DNA of 62,399 nucleotides, counting the filler, from Collodictyon triciliatum (Eukaryota): assembly GCA_043381765.1 (NCBI GenBank). It is 6 parts of 6 records of this genome, joined end to end, with 100 filler letters (N's around TTAATTAATTAA, not from the genome) between each part and the next. Parts side by side here need not be neighbours in the genome. Positions count along the whole stretch, not along the records: positions 43,808 to 58,485 come from JBHJMP010001810.1; positions 58,586 to 60,409 come from JBHJMP010001996.1; positions 60,510 to 62,399 come from JBHJMP010001997.1; 3 more parts are not named here. The stretch is one strand, 5' to 3'. Positions 46,261 to 62,399 of the stretch are shown here, in pieces. The position numbers and the translations under genes were made by a program. The notes beneath the pieces were generated by a model that was given only the letters and a program-made list of their open reading frames with translations, had not been told where the DNA came from and did not search any database. Numbering within the stretch: position 1 is the first letter of the stretch; every line of letters begins with the position of its first letter.

Positions 46261-49200
46261 ATGACCCGAGCAGACGACTTTGCAAGTGTGATTCGTGGGC
46301 TGGGCTTTGTGTGGCAGGCTACGAAAATAGGGATCCCACCGCCGCTTTCAATTCCGCCCCGCGTCAGGCAAGGTGTTTCGCAAAGTCCTCAGTTGCGCAC
46401 GGATAAGCCCCCAAAGCCTCCAATTGTGCCAGAAGTAAAGAGAGAGCGTGGTGATGCAGTCTCTGTCGAAGCCGGTGCGAATGTTGTTCAAGTGGCTCCA
46501 GCAATTCCCGCAAAGATTGTCTTGCCCGTTTCTGAGTTGACTGCACCTGGAGAGGGCACGGAAGTTCGCAGGTATGGCTATATGTTTTCTTCTCTTTTTT
46601 CTTCTCTTTTTCTTCTCTTTTTTCTTCTCTTTTTTCTTCTCTTTTTTCTTCTCTTTTTTCTTCTCTTTTTTCTTCTCTTTTTTCTTCTCTTTTTTCTTCT
46701 CTTTTTTCTCTTCTCTTTTTATCTTCTCTTTTTATCTTCTCTTTTTATCTTCTTTGAATCGAATAAAGAAAAAAATCTTCTCTTTTATCTTCTCTTTTTT
46801 CTCTTCTCTTTTTTCTTCTCTTTTTTCTTCTCTTTTATCTTCTCTTTTATCTTCTCTTTTTTCTTCTCTTTTATCTTCTCTTTTTTCTTCTCTTTTTTCT
46901 TCTCTTTTTTCTTCTCTTTTTTCTTCTCTTTTTTCTTCTCTTTTTTCTTCTCTTTTTTCTTCTCTTTCTTCTCTTTCTTCTCTTTCTTCTTCTCTTTTCT
47001 CTTTTCTCTTTTTGTTTCTATATATATTTGATGTTCGACGCCAAAAGGAAGAGCTTATAACCCGTTAATATGGACTGGTTTATATTTATATTTATATTTT
47101 TGTGAATATATACTCATTTATATATAAAAATCTTAATTATGGATTCAAATTTTCTCCATATTATGAAAGAGAGGCCACGATACCCGTGATCAGCAGGAAT
47201 ACTCCTTCAAAGCCCATTCTGAAGGAAAATCGTGTACCTGCTGGTCGTGCCGCTCGAATGTTTCAGATAGGAAGTATACATTTTATTTTCTGCTAAAGCC
47301 AGGGGTCTATGGTATCTGATGCGATGCGACATATTGTGTTGTGTTGTGATGCCATGTGTTGATATTGTTGCTTTCGCCCCATGATGTGTTACTCAGCGTT
47401 TAATTATGCAGTAAATAATCTGTTCACTGTGCAACTGCTTGCTTAGACGATTTTCGTTGTTACATGATTTAATCAGAAAGTATTGCATAGACTTGGCTTT
47501 TGGAGTTGGGATCGGAACCATCACGGCTATGGCAAAACAAAAACTTGGTGGTCAGGATGGTTGGCTTGTTTAACTTCAATTTCAATACTAAAATGTCATA
47601 TATCGATAATAAAGCCCAGTTCTAAATAAATATATAAAAACGCAGCCACTCTCCGCTCTGCTGTTCTTACCAATGAAAACGTGGAGAAAATTGCAGAGAC
47701 TTTGTGTGAGATGCGTGGAGCAGCGTTGAAATTCGGTCAAATGCTATCCATGCAAGGTTTGGGTTACTTAGATGGGGACAGGCATGTCAAAAGCTGTATT
47801 ATTTATAATGTATGTAAGACCCTTTGAATTTGGAAGGACCTGGTCTGAATATGCATATTTTAGACAACTCGATTCTCCCAGAGCAGCTCCATATAGCTTT
47901 AGAGCGGGTTCGTCGAAATGCACACATGATGCCAAGGACTCAACTATATGTAAACCATTTCACTGGCCTGCACGTTTATCTGCTTCATTTAATTACTGTG
48001 TAAGATTCGTACCCAAAAACTGTCTAGACTGAAAACACGACTCACATAGGAGGTCATGGAAAAGGAACTGGGTGCTGATTGGAGGTCCAAGTTTGAGAGT
48101 TTCGATGATGAGCCAATGGCAGCTGCCTCTATCGGACAGGTTTTTATTACCTTTATTTTCCTTCTATTTCAGAGTCAAGAAAAATAGAAGTCATGGCTGT
48201 TCTTATTAACATCCCCTTGCTCGTGTCTCTTTGTGTCAGGTTCATCGCGCTGTCCTAAAGCCCTCCCATTCACGGAATTGGATAGAAGCTGCTGTAAAAA
48301 TACAATATCCTGGTGTTGCAGAAAGCATAGAAAGTGATTTGAAAATGGTCTCTTCCGTTTTATCAAATACTGGTAGACTTTAAATCATCTTGCTAGTTTC
48401 TTTCTTTTTTCTTTCTTTTTTCTTTCTTTTTTCTTTCTTTTTTCTTTCTTTTTTCTTTCTTTTTTCTTTCTTTTTTCTTTCTTTTTTCTTTCTTTTTTCT
48501 TTCTTTTTTCTTTCTTTTTTCTTTCTTTTTTCTTTCTTTTTTCTTTCTTTTTTCTTTCTTTTTCTTTTTTTTTCTTTCTTTTTTTCTTTCTTTTTTCTTT
48601 CTTTTTTCTTTCTTTTTTCTTTCTTTTTTCTTTCTTTTTTCTTTCTTTTTTCTTTCTTTTGATATGCGCAAGTCGATGGAGGTTTTGGTTTTGGTTTTGG
48701 TTTGCTAGCCATCATTTGCATGGATGCTATAAGTCTCAATTTACTTTGATATGATTGTCAATTCACACACAGGTATTCTTCCAAAGGGATTGTACATAAA
48801 CTCGACCCTTATATCTGCTCGAGATGAGCTGATTCAGGAGACGGACTACTTACTCGAGGCTTCCTTTCAACAAAGATATGCGTACGGTTTTCATTATGTG
48901 GAAGAAAACAGTATTTTAGTGCGTTCTCGTTCTTTTGCTATGCAGTAAACCTTAAAAACGTTTTTTTAAAAGACAATATCCGGTATATGCTACGAAAATA
49001 CATTACTTCACATGCTTGTTCTTTGTCTTAGTCCTATTTTTATCTGTAAATTGCTTCTTCATCTCTTTCTCCTTTTTTTTTTTTTTTTTTNNNNNNNNNN
49101 NNNNNNNNNNNNNNNNNNNNNNNNNNNNNNNNNNNNNNNNNNNNNNNNNNNNNNNNNNNNNNNNNNNNNNNNNNNNNNNNNNNNNNNNNNNNNNNNNNNN

Positions 49201-50462
49201 NNNNNNNNNNNNNNNNNNNNNNNNNNNNNNNNNNNNNNNNNNNNNNNNNNNNNNNNNNNNNNNNNNNNNNNNNNNNNNNNNNNNNNNNNNNNNNNNNNNN
49301 NNNNNNNNNNNNNNNNNNNNNNNNNNNNNNNNNNNNNNNNNNNNNNNNNNNNNNNNNNNNNNNNNNNNNNNNNNNNNNNNNNNNNNNNNNNNNNNNNNNN
49401 NNNNNNNNNGTATTTTGTATTTTGTATTTTGTATTTTGTATTTTGTATTTTGTATTTTGTATTTTGTATTTTGTATTTTGTATTTTGTATTTTGTATTTT
49501 GTATTTTGTATGTGCCTTGTAGATTGGCTACAATATCTTGCGCCTCTGTATGAAAGAGCTATTCGAATTCAACCTGATGCAGACAGACCCAAACTGGTCA
49601 AATTTCCTATACCGACCGGACTTGAAGAAGGTATTTGAATAAACTATATAATACAATAGAAATCATCACAGAGGTTTTTGTGTAATGCATACCAAAAGAC
49701 TGTATCATAATATATCGTTTTTTCCTTTGTTTTCTCATCTGGAAATGGCTAGTATTGGTTGTGCAAAGATTCTCGCCACAATAATCACCCAATTTATTTC
49801 ACCTGGCAGATTGTCCTTCTAGACTTTGGAGCAAGTCGGAGCTACCAGCGCTCCTTCATCCAAGAATACCTCCGAATCGTTCATGCTGCAGCCCATCAGG
49901 ACAGAGACACGATTATTGACGGCTCCATCAAGCTAGGCTTCCTTACTGGCGACGAGACGAAGGTTTACAAACTCTTTCCTATTTTATTATTTCAGCCACA
50001 GCCACCAACATAACAAAACCACATCACACCTTCACGCCCCATCAAAAATATTTATAGTAATCATAATCATAAATCCCGGATTAAATAAGCTCTGAAAGAA
50101 AAATTATCTGGAAATATTATTCTTTTTTTTAAAAAAAACGCAGCGAAACTTCTGCTTCTGTTTTTCATGACAACCACAATCACTCGCAGACCATGATTGA
50201 CGCACACTACCAAGCCGTACTTGCCTTGGGCGAGCCGTTCGTCAATGACCGGCCCTTTGATTGGGGGCGCCAGAAAATATCGGAGAAGGTCAACAGCCTC
50301 ATGCCCAAGATGCTTGGCGACCGCCTCACACCCCCGCCGCAGGAAGCAAACTCCATCCACCGCAAACTCGCCGGTGCGTATCTGCTCTGTGCAAAGCTGC
50401 GCTCCGTCTTCCCTTGCCGCAGGCTGCTTCTTGATGCCTATAATGGATTCCAGCGCATGTAA
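46261..50462 (+). CDS. COQ8: COQ8/ADCK3 (ABC1 family atypical kinase), multi-exon; start approximate
   Basis: [18 protein letters not shown] (KxGQ), [72 protein letters not shown]. Confidence 0.92.
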
Positions 50463-50687
50463 CGGAATCTGTGGCCATTTTTTTCCATTTATGTATCCCA
50501 CAAATCATAAACACCAAATCACAGAATTGCAGAAACCAATAGTTGTGGACAAAGCGAAAGAAATTACATGTCTAGTTGTGTTCAATTCGTATAAGTAATA
50601 AACTCTAATTGTTTCAGACAGTAAATTGGTGTTATGATGATAAAATTAGATAACATATGCGGTAATATTATATTTTCCACATTTGAT

Positions 50688-52510
50688 ATGATGAACTGCG
50701 GGGTTTCCGGTTCAAGGCGAGACGATTGCACAACATCCTTGGCGCACGAGACATCTTTGGCAGAATCAAGTGATGGCGACAGGGCACAGAACGAACGCAG
50801 GTAACCCCTTTCACAAGAGGCTTTTTTTTTTTATTTTCCATTCTCATTTTTCATTATTTCATGGTGGGGTTTCTTACTCCGATATGCCCGAAGTCGAGTT
50901 TGGACTGCGGTTACCTGAGCTGCCCAGAGCTGTCTTTTTGTCTTTTTTTTTTTTTTTTTTCATCGAAGCGGTGTTGCTTGTTTTCAAAGTCCCCAGTTGT
51001 GCTCGCTGACACGGCCTTCAGACAGGAATGGGGTTGAGAGAATCGCTGTTGTGGGAATCACACTGGGCGTGACAGTTGCCGTTGCATATCGTGTGAAAGA
51101 AAACCGCGACAGGATCTCTGCGATTGCGACCAAGTTTGAAGGGATGAAGGCCACGACTTACCGAAGGTAATTGCTTTTCAACCTGTACACAAAGTTAGCT
51201 ATCTCAAGTCCCATGATTCTTTTCTCTCTCTCCCTCACATTTATTCGAAGCTTTTTGAATTGGGCGCCTATCTATATGTCCCCAAACTTCACCTTCTGTC
51301 TGCTCGTCATTTTTAAGTGATTTGCTTATCCGTGGATACTGTCATGATGAGGATATTTCCTAACAATGGCGTCCATTCGGCCCTGTTCTCTTTCTGTTTT
51401 GTTTTTCTTTTACCACCAACTACATCTGAATCCGAAGGTGATTTTATCATTAGAAAATCACCACCATCACTATCATCACCATTAGCAACACTCGCTCTAA
51501 CCCAACCTGCTTCCGCTTTTGCCGCTGGAAAGCACCAAAGAACCTGAAGGAAAACATGGTTGGGTGGGAGTTTCCTTGTGACCTCGAGCAGAATGCACAC
51601 GAGGTAAAGGAGGCCTTTTTGAACGACTTTCGGAAAGGAAATCTCTTTGTAGGGGCTGGTCGCTCTGCCAGAGCAGCAGATGGAGAAAAGGAGGTTCTGC
51701 GAATCAACTTTAAGCCAGATGATATAAGATCGATGGAAATACATAAACCATGCGTGTTTTTTGAACCTGTTCGGATTACAACATTGTACTTTGTTACAGA
51801 CGGACTGAAAAAACATAACAAACAACAACCCTTTAGCTTATCAGTGCCATGATGGCCGAGGCCACTGATATTCACGATGCGTTGGAGTCACTCAGGCGCT
51901 ATGCAAAAGGATTGAATGAGGCTATGGAAGAGGCGTTGTCGGACGTGGTCTCGTCAACAAAGTCTGAATACACTGATATCAACAAGCTAGACCAGTTCCA
52001 GCTAAGGTTTATCCCTGGTTTTGATATTCAATCGCTTATTTTGTCTCTATAAACTAGAATACTATGTGAGCTGGTGATTACAGGCGCATGATAACCATTC
52101 GGCAAGGCCTTTATCCCTTGGAATATTGAAATCTCTTTATGAGTTTTCTCAATTTATTTATTTGTAAAATTAGGATGTTGGAGAATAAGTTTTATCAACA
52201 CGCATTCAAGAAAACATGGTGGGAAGTTGCCCTGCATCCGAATCACAACTTTGCCGCTCGGTAGGAGATGAATAATACTGCTGTGTGATATATTAGTTCC
52301 TGTGACAGGAAGAAGAAGAAGAAGAAGAAGAAAAAAGGCCATGCAAACCACGACACAACTTTTACAGTTCTCTAAAGAGCAGGTACTGAATTGATTAATT
52401 GTTGCTACCACAGAACTTATTGGGACTTGCTAATCGCCCTGGCTCGTCTTGATACACTTCGAGGCCTTGTGCACGAGGCTCTCACCCACGAAGCGGCCAA
52501 GTATCGCTAG
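50688..52510 (+). CDS. Hypothetical protein with one predicted TM helix (spliced)
   Basis: GT-AG exons join in frame: IAVVGITLGVTVAVAY (TM), AMMAEATDIHDALESL..., TYWDLLIALARLD...KYR*. Confidence 0.5.
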
Positions 52511-52930
52511 GGACTGCGACCAGATGGCTTCATTCAATAAAGATATCGCATCAAATGAAAAGTAAATATCATGTTAAATGAACATTTCAAGTCAGCTGGG
52601 TGTTGTGGGACTCTGGGATAGAAGCAACCGAGACAGATTCGTTTGCGTCGCTTTCATTCCAACCTGCATAACAGACTGGATTTTATAAGGCGATTTTTTT
52701 CTTTTATTTCTCCGTCGAATATTTACCTCTGCCTCTTGCTTACCATCGAGTTTGTGAACCGTTCTGGTTCATCATCATTCTCAACTTTCTCGATACTTAC
52801 CATGTTTTCCATGTTCTTCATATTCTCCCCACTTTGTATATTATATTTATGTATTCTGGGGACTTTTTTTTCTCTTCTTTTTGGGTTCGTAGGGTCGATC
52901 ACTCATGATTGTATTTCTCAGATCAAGGCG

Positions 52931-57852
<4,922 letters not shown>

Positions 57853-58687
57853 AGTATTACTGTACTGAATCGCATTCTCTGTGGAATTTTTTTTTTTTTC
57901 CGTCTCTGGATGTTGGATACCATGTTTTTGACGAGCAGACTTTGTTATTGCTCTAGAATCTGGCGAAGATATAAGTCCCATCCTCTTTCCACCCTTGTAC
58001 ACGGAGGTCGTTGCCAATTACGCGCCACCCCCAGAATAGAAAGCTCTCACTACGAAACAACACGTCATCGTTCATTAATTTGACGTCATATAAACTCATC
58101 ACTTAGCCACACTCTTTTATTCAGAATATATTTCAAAGAAAAAGTTCAAATTAGTGAACTACATTTACATATGCGGAAATTTCAACATCACAAACGCAGC
58201 ATATAACCAAAATAATAAATTAATAAATTCCACTAATGGAAATATTATTCTGGACGCCAATTATTTGCTCCTTTGGCAAGGATTTCCGTTGTGTGGTGGA
58301 GGCATCATTGTTCTCCTTCGACCGCTTTTGTCGGGGCAGCAGAAATGATCTGAAAGAACCCAAGAGACAAAAAAACAAAAACAAAAACAAATACAAATAC
58401 AAATACAAATACAAATACAAATACAAATACAAATACAAATACAAATACAAATACAAATACAAATACAAATACAAATACAAATACANNNNNNNNNNNNNNN
58501 NNNNNNNNNNNNNNNNNNNNNNNNNNNNNTTAATTAATTAANNNNNNNNNNNNNNNNNNNNNNNNNNNNNNNNNNNNNNNNNNNNGCCTCCAGCTTATCA
58601 AAGTATTCTTTCAGTTCCTCAAAAGTAGAAAAAGAGCAGTTTCCACCGTCCGTGGTATATAGTCGTAGCATATCTAAGACTAGATAT

Positions 58688-59427
58688 TTAAAAAAGGATC
58701 TCTTCCGCAAAGTTCTTGTAAGCTTTGATTCTGCGGGGTACCATCAAGTTTACATATAGAAAGCAGTATGGGTCTGCGGTGGCAAAATCAAATACCTGGT
58801 CAAAGAGTTTCTGATCGAGGTTTGTCATTTCATTCAGGGCTTCCCGTTCGTGTTTGTTGTCGGTATAGAAAGCAACGAGGTGGGAGGCGTTTGCCGTACC
58901 TTGGGGGTTGAACAATTCGATGGGCGTGAACCACTACAATCATAGAAAGTCTGAAATGACGGTGCTGCAACATTTTCTTGAGTAGGGTCTTACTAGGGCG
59001 CTCGAAAGCAGTACCCAAATCGTCAACCACCAATAAATAAGCATTGTCTTTAAAATCCGGGTCACCGGTTATGTCTTTTGTGACTTGTTCAAAGATTTCC
59101 TCGTTAAAGTCCTCATACATGCGGCTCTTGTGAAATTTGACACCTCGTATGAAGATCGGTGTATTTTTCTCCTCTATTCCGGAAATATTACTGGAGCAAA
59201 AATATACCTTGTGAATATCGGTGATCATTTTTCTCGTTTACCCACCGCCAAATTACTGATCAGCGTCGTTTTAAAACCGCTAGCGACTTTTTCAGAATTC
59301 ACCTCCAGAAGGGTCTATCACTCTTTGCGTCCAGGCAAATATCTCCAATCATCAACTTCGCGCTTGTTTTTTTTTTGACGGTTTTTTAGTGGGGCAACTC
59401 AACGTTACTTACTTTCTTGCTTTCCAT
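58688..59427 (-). pseudogene. A32-like packaging ATPase, frameshifted
   Basis: MESKKVSNV..VAPLK (cf. MNTKRVSNIKIAPL), KTTLISNL, KVYFCSSN, LLVVDDL, QHRHFRLSMIV, YCFLYV..AYKNF, split across frames. Confidence 0.82.
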
Positions 59428-59796
59428 ACATTAAACTAACGAAATAAAAGATATTGTCGTAACGAGATTCCCGCACTCTGGGCCTTTCTAACTGTTTCCT
59501 TAATTCGGCGCTCTCGATTTTTCTAGCCTCTTCCTTTGTGAGATATTTGTTTGATCAGGACACGTCGTGGCTGTAACGAAGAATATCGTGAATGGGGTTT
59601 TTTGACCAGCCTCGTATTGCTTGACCGTTGAACGATTTCCTTGTTTCTTCTTTTTGCCTTCTGTTTGCTTTAGGGTTAAATTTTGGCGAGGTGGGCTCTC
59701 TGCTTTTTCTGATGCTAGCGTTTTCTTTTTTGGTTTTCTCAATGGTAATTTATCGATCACTCATATGAATCCATAGAAAATATTTCTGGCAAGAGT

Positions 59797-60554
59797 ATGG
59801 ACAAAGCGTTTTACAATTTATGTTGATTCGCGAAAACCGAGACGCGGCAGTATCGCAGACTTTAATTTTTCGCAACGACACAGAACAGGTACGTGTCCGG
59901 TACAAAGCAAAATCGGATTAGAGCGCATCCAGATACCGACATGCCGTACACAATGTCACATCCCCAACAACGAGTTATCCTTCCTTTGCCAAGTCGGAGC
60001 AGACAGCCCCGTTTCATAAATGTGTCACTTGAAACTGGATTACACCATCAATGGAAAATAGTCAGTGGACATTAGAACAAAGTGAACGCAGCCACGGCAT
60101 CCCAGTTAGCTAATGCAGTTGTTCAGTTTCATTTCTTACCGGCAAACAGAAGATTGCTATCAAAAGGAGACGGAGCATTCAATCTCATATCAATTGTTTG
60201 TGAATTCGTCGACGTGTCGGACCTAATTGGGCTGACGGCCAATCTATCATTCAATACGTCTTTTGTGGAGCTACAGAATACGGTCAATATTCGACCTTTT
60301 GATTATGTGTACCTGGTCAGCCCGAACATTCAGAGTTCGAGCTTTGCCAGCAACATAGGCGGCAATGGCATCATCGCAAAAATACCGCTGACTCTTGGTT
60401 CACGGTACTNNNNNNNNNNNNNNNNNNNNNNNNNNNNNNNNNNNNNNNNNNNNTTAATTAATTAANNNNNNNNNNNNNNNNNNNNNNNNNNNNNNNNNNN
60501 NNNNNNNNNTTACAAGACTATTCGTTTATGCTGCGTGTAATTCCCGAGGAATAA
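59797..60554 (+). pseudogene. Minor capsid (penton)-like protein, frameshifted and interrupted by a spacer
   Basis: N-terminal FTIYVDSR..GSIADF, then DYVYLVS...IIAKIPL and, after the gap, LQDYSFMLRV..*. These are recurring PLV/virophage penton patterns. Confidence 0.68.
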
Positions 60555-60570
60555 ATTCTTGGCAAGTGTA

Positions 60571-62399
60571 ATGGGTTTTTTCATAAACAGAAGAAAAGAG
60601 CTACCGGAATTTTCCAATCAAGACGCAAACAAAGTATTAAAAGTAGATTCAAGTGGGCTTTATTTACAGTGGCTGCAGGAGACGACGGCACCGGCTGAGT
60701 TGCCTCCGCAAACAGTCAGCGCCCTTCTTACAACAACGGATCATAGCTAGCTGGCTGCCATATGCTAATACACTAGCAAATGGTTACGAAGCGATGGTAT
60801 TTGGTCAAATGTTAGACAGGTTCCCACTAGTGGCGCAGGAAATGAAAATTGAGTGTTGGTAGCTAGCGGGGGTAGTTCAATTTGGACACCCAATTTATTA
60901 GTGATAGCACAAATGTTTTGTGACTTGCCTCTTACATTTAATCTTTCACGGGTTGGCTCAGCAGCAGAACCAAATTTATTATTTGAGACAATACAACAAA
61001 CTCCGGGTGCTAGCCGAACAGGTATTTGGGGAACAGATAATACTATTCGTTTTTGGAACAGAATGGAGCGCAAAGACGTGTCATACAAAATAACCGAGGT
61101 ACTCTATCGGTTCCGTTGACTTTCTCAAGCGATTCTGCTGCTACGTTGAGAAGGTCTGATAATGTAAATATAATTTTTACAAGATGGCGGAAGTACAGAC
61201 ACAAGGAATATACAATTTTAGTGTTGGGAACATTCGTGCACTAGGAGGAAGATTGTTTATACAGCAAGGGACATTTACTGTTGAAAAAAAATAGCCAATT
61301 TGTTGTTAATAACGCGGTGACTCATTACATATCAGGCCAATTAAATTTAAACACAGCAGGATCGGCAGCTGCTCCAACTCTTTATTTGGTGACTCGACGG
61401 TACCGCACTCAGGTATTTGGGGTACAGATGGGTCTATTAGAATTGGACAGATGTGTAGAAAGGTAATATTGGTACACGGGCGCGACTCTTACAGGCAATC
61501 TAGTTATGGCCGAACTAAACGGCGGCATTTGGTGTTTTACAAAATGCAATAGCTAATAATCCCAATTCAGGGTTGTATTCAACAACAAGCATAATTCAGG
61601 CTTCGATTTTCAGACACTAATTCCAATGTTCGTGTATTATGCAAAATATGCATGTGTTAGACTGTACCCAGCAATCTATTGAAGGTATTGTACGTATAGA
61701 GAGGCCTATTAGTGCAAAAAACTTTCCGAACGCCATTTTCGACCCAAGGTCACACAGCCCAGTTCTATAAAACAACGACCCTATGAATGATAAGAGTTGA
61801 ATAAGCAATAATCTAGCAGGCGTATATTTTACCTTCATTTAGCATCAGAGCAATGGCCAACACCATATTATATTCCTTCAAAAGTTTCACTAATACAGGC
61901 ACGTATTTAATGTGGACTAGTAATATAGCAGGAGTGAAATTCACATAATGAATAATTCAACGAGAACTGTTATCTCAGGAACTTCACATTTCAATTATTG
62001 AAGGTGGGGTATACACTTGTGTATGCCATTGGATTTCTTCAACTACTGGAATTTGGTATTTTGGTTGACGGAATACTACCTACTAGTGTTTCCGATCCGT
62101 TTGTAGTTGGTACAACTATAGATTTTCAAGCATCTGGTGGTGCTGCTAAAATACAAGGGTCAAATGTAGGAGCAAACTCAAATATAGTTATGATTATTGA
62201 TAGCGCTACAAGTACTAATTTTACCAAGGATGATACCGAAGTTCAAAATACACTACGATTGTTTAAAGCGCCGATTACCGATTTTATAATACACGACAGC
62301 GGAACGCACAATGTGAGTCGAAATTCACCAAATAAAATCGTATTGACAAAACAGTCATCGGGATCTTCAAATGCAGTAATTGTATTTCCAGTAAGTACT
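60571..62399 (+). pseudogene. Tail-fibre-like protein, frameshifted, runs off the window
   Basis: ANKVLKVDSSGLYLQW and repeated GSAAEPNLLF..TGIWG / AGSAAAPTLY units; Gly/Thr/Asn-rich. Confidence 0.5.

Larger units (their letters stand above)
58586..62399. mobile_element. Second PLV-like element, partial and heavily frameshifted
   Basis: Intronless cluster of ATPase, penton-like and fibre-like sequences; the ATPase is homologous to 31535-32257. Confidence 0.75.

Noticed and set aside
50675-50691. TTCCACATTTGATATGA resembles the PLV sub-terminal repeat
   Set aside because: A single short AT-rich match with a mismatch; plausible by chance.

Overview
Intron-rich, microsatellite-rich eukaryotic (protist-like) DNA. 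The segments are joined by artificial N44-TTAATTAATTAA-N44 spacers at 14501, 29110, 43708, 58486 and 60410, so adjacency across spacers is not evidence of linkage. The host segments carry spliced genes: NMD3, an NF-YB/DR1-family histone-fold protein, kynureninase, a Rab1-like GTPase, a signal-peptide WD40+FG-GAP protein, an LRR-ROC-COR-DUF4062 Roco protein, PRA1, COQ8 and MAU2/SCC4. They also carry three copies of a degenerate LINE-ORF1-like repeat and three clear AT-AC minor-spliceosome (U12) introns. The standout is segment 29210-43707, an intronless, gene-dense Polinton-like virus (PLV)/virophage-like element. It encodes a major capsid protein, an A32-like packaging ATPase, a PolA-like polymerase (TVpol) fused to an SF3 helicase, an rve integrase and an HNH endonuclease. 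Its replication+integration module is bracketed by internal ~200-bp inverted repeats with an iteron/palindrome organisation, and its right end has direct repeats followed by a perfect 48-bp AT-rich palindrome. A second, frameshifted relative (ATPase, penton-like and fibre-like genes) lies at 58586-62399. Gene spans for spliced genes are start-to-stop spans inferred by eye; no database searches were run.
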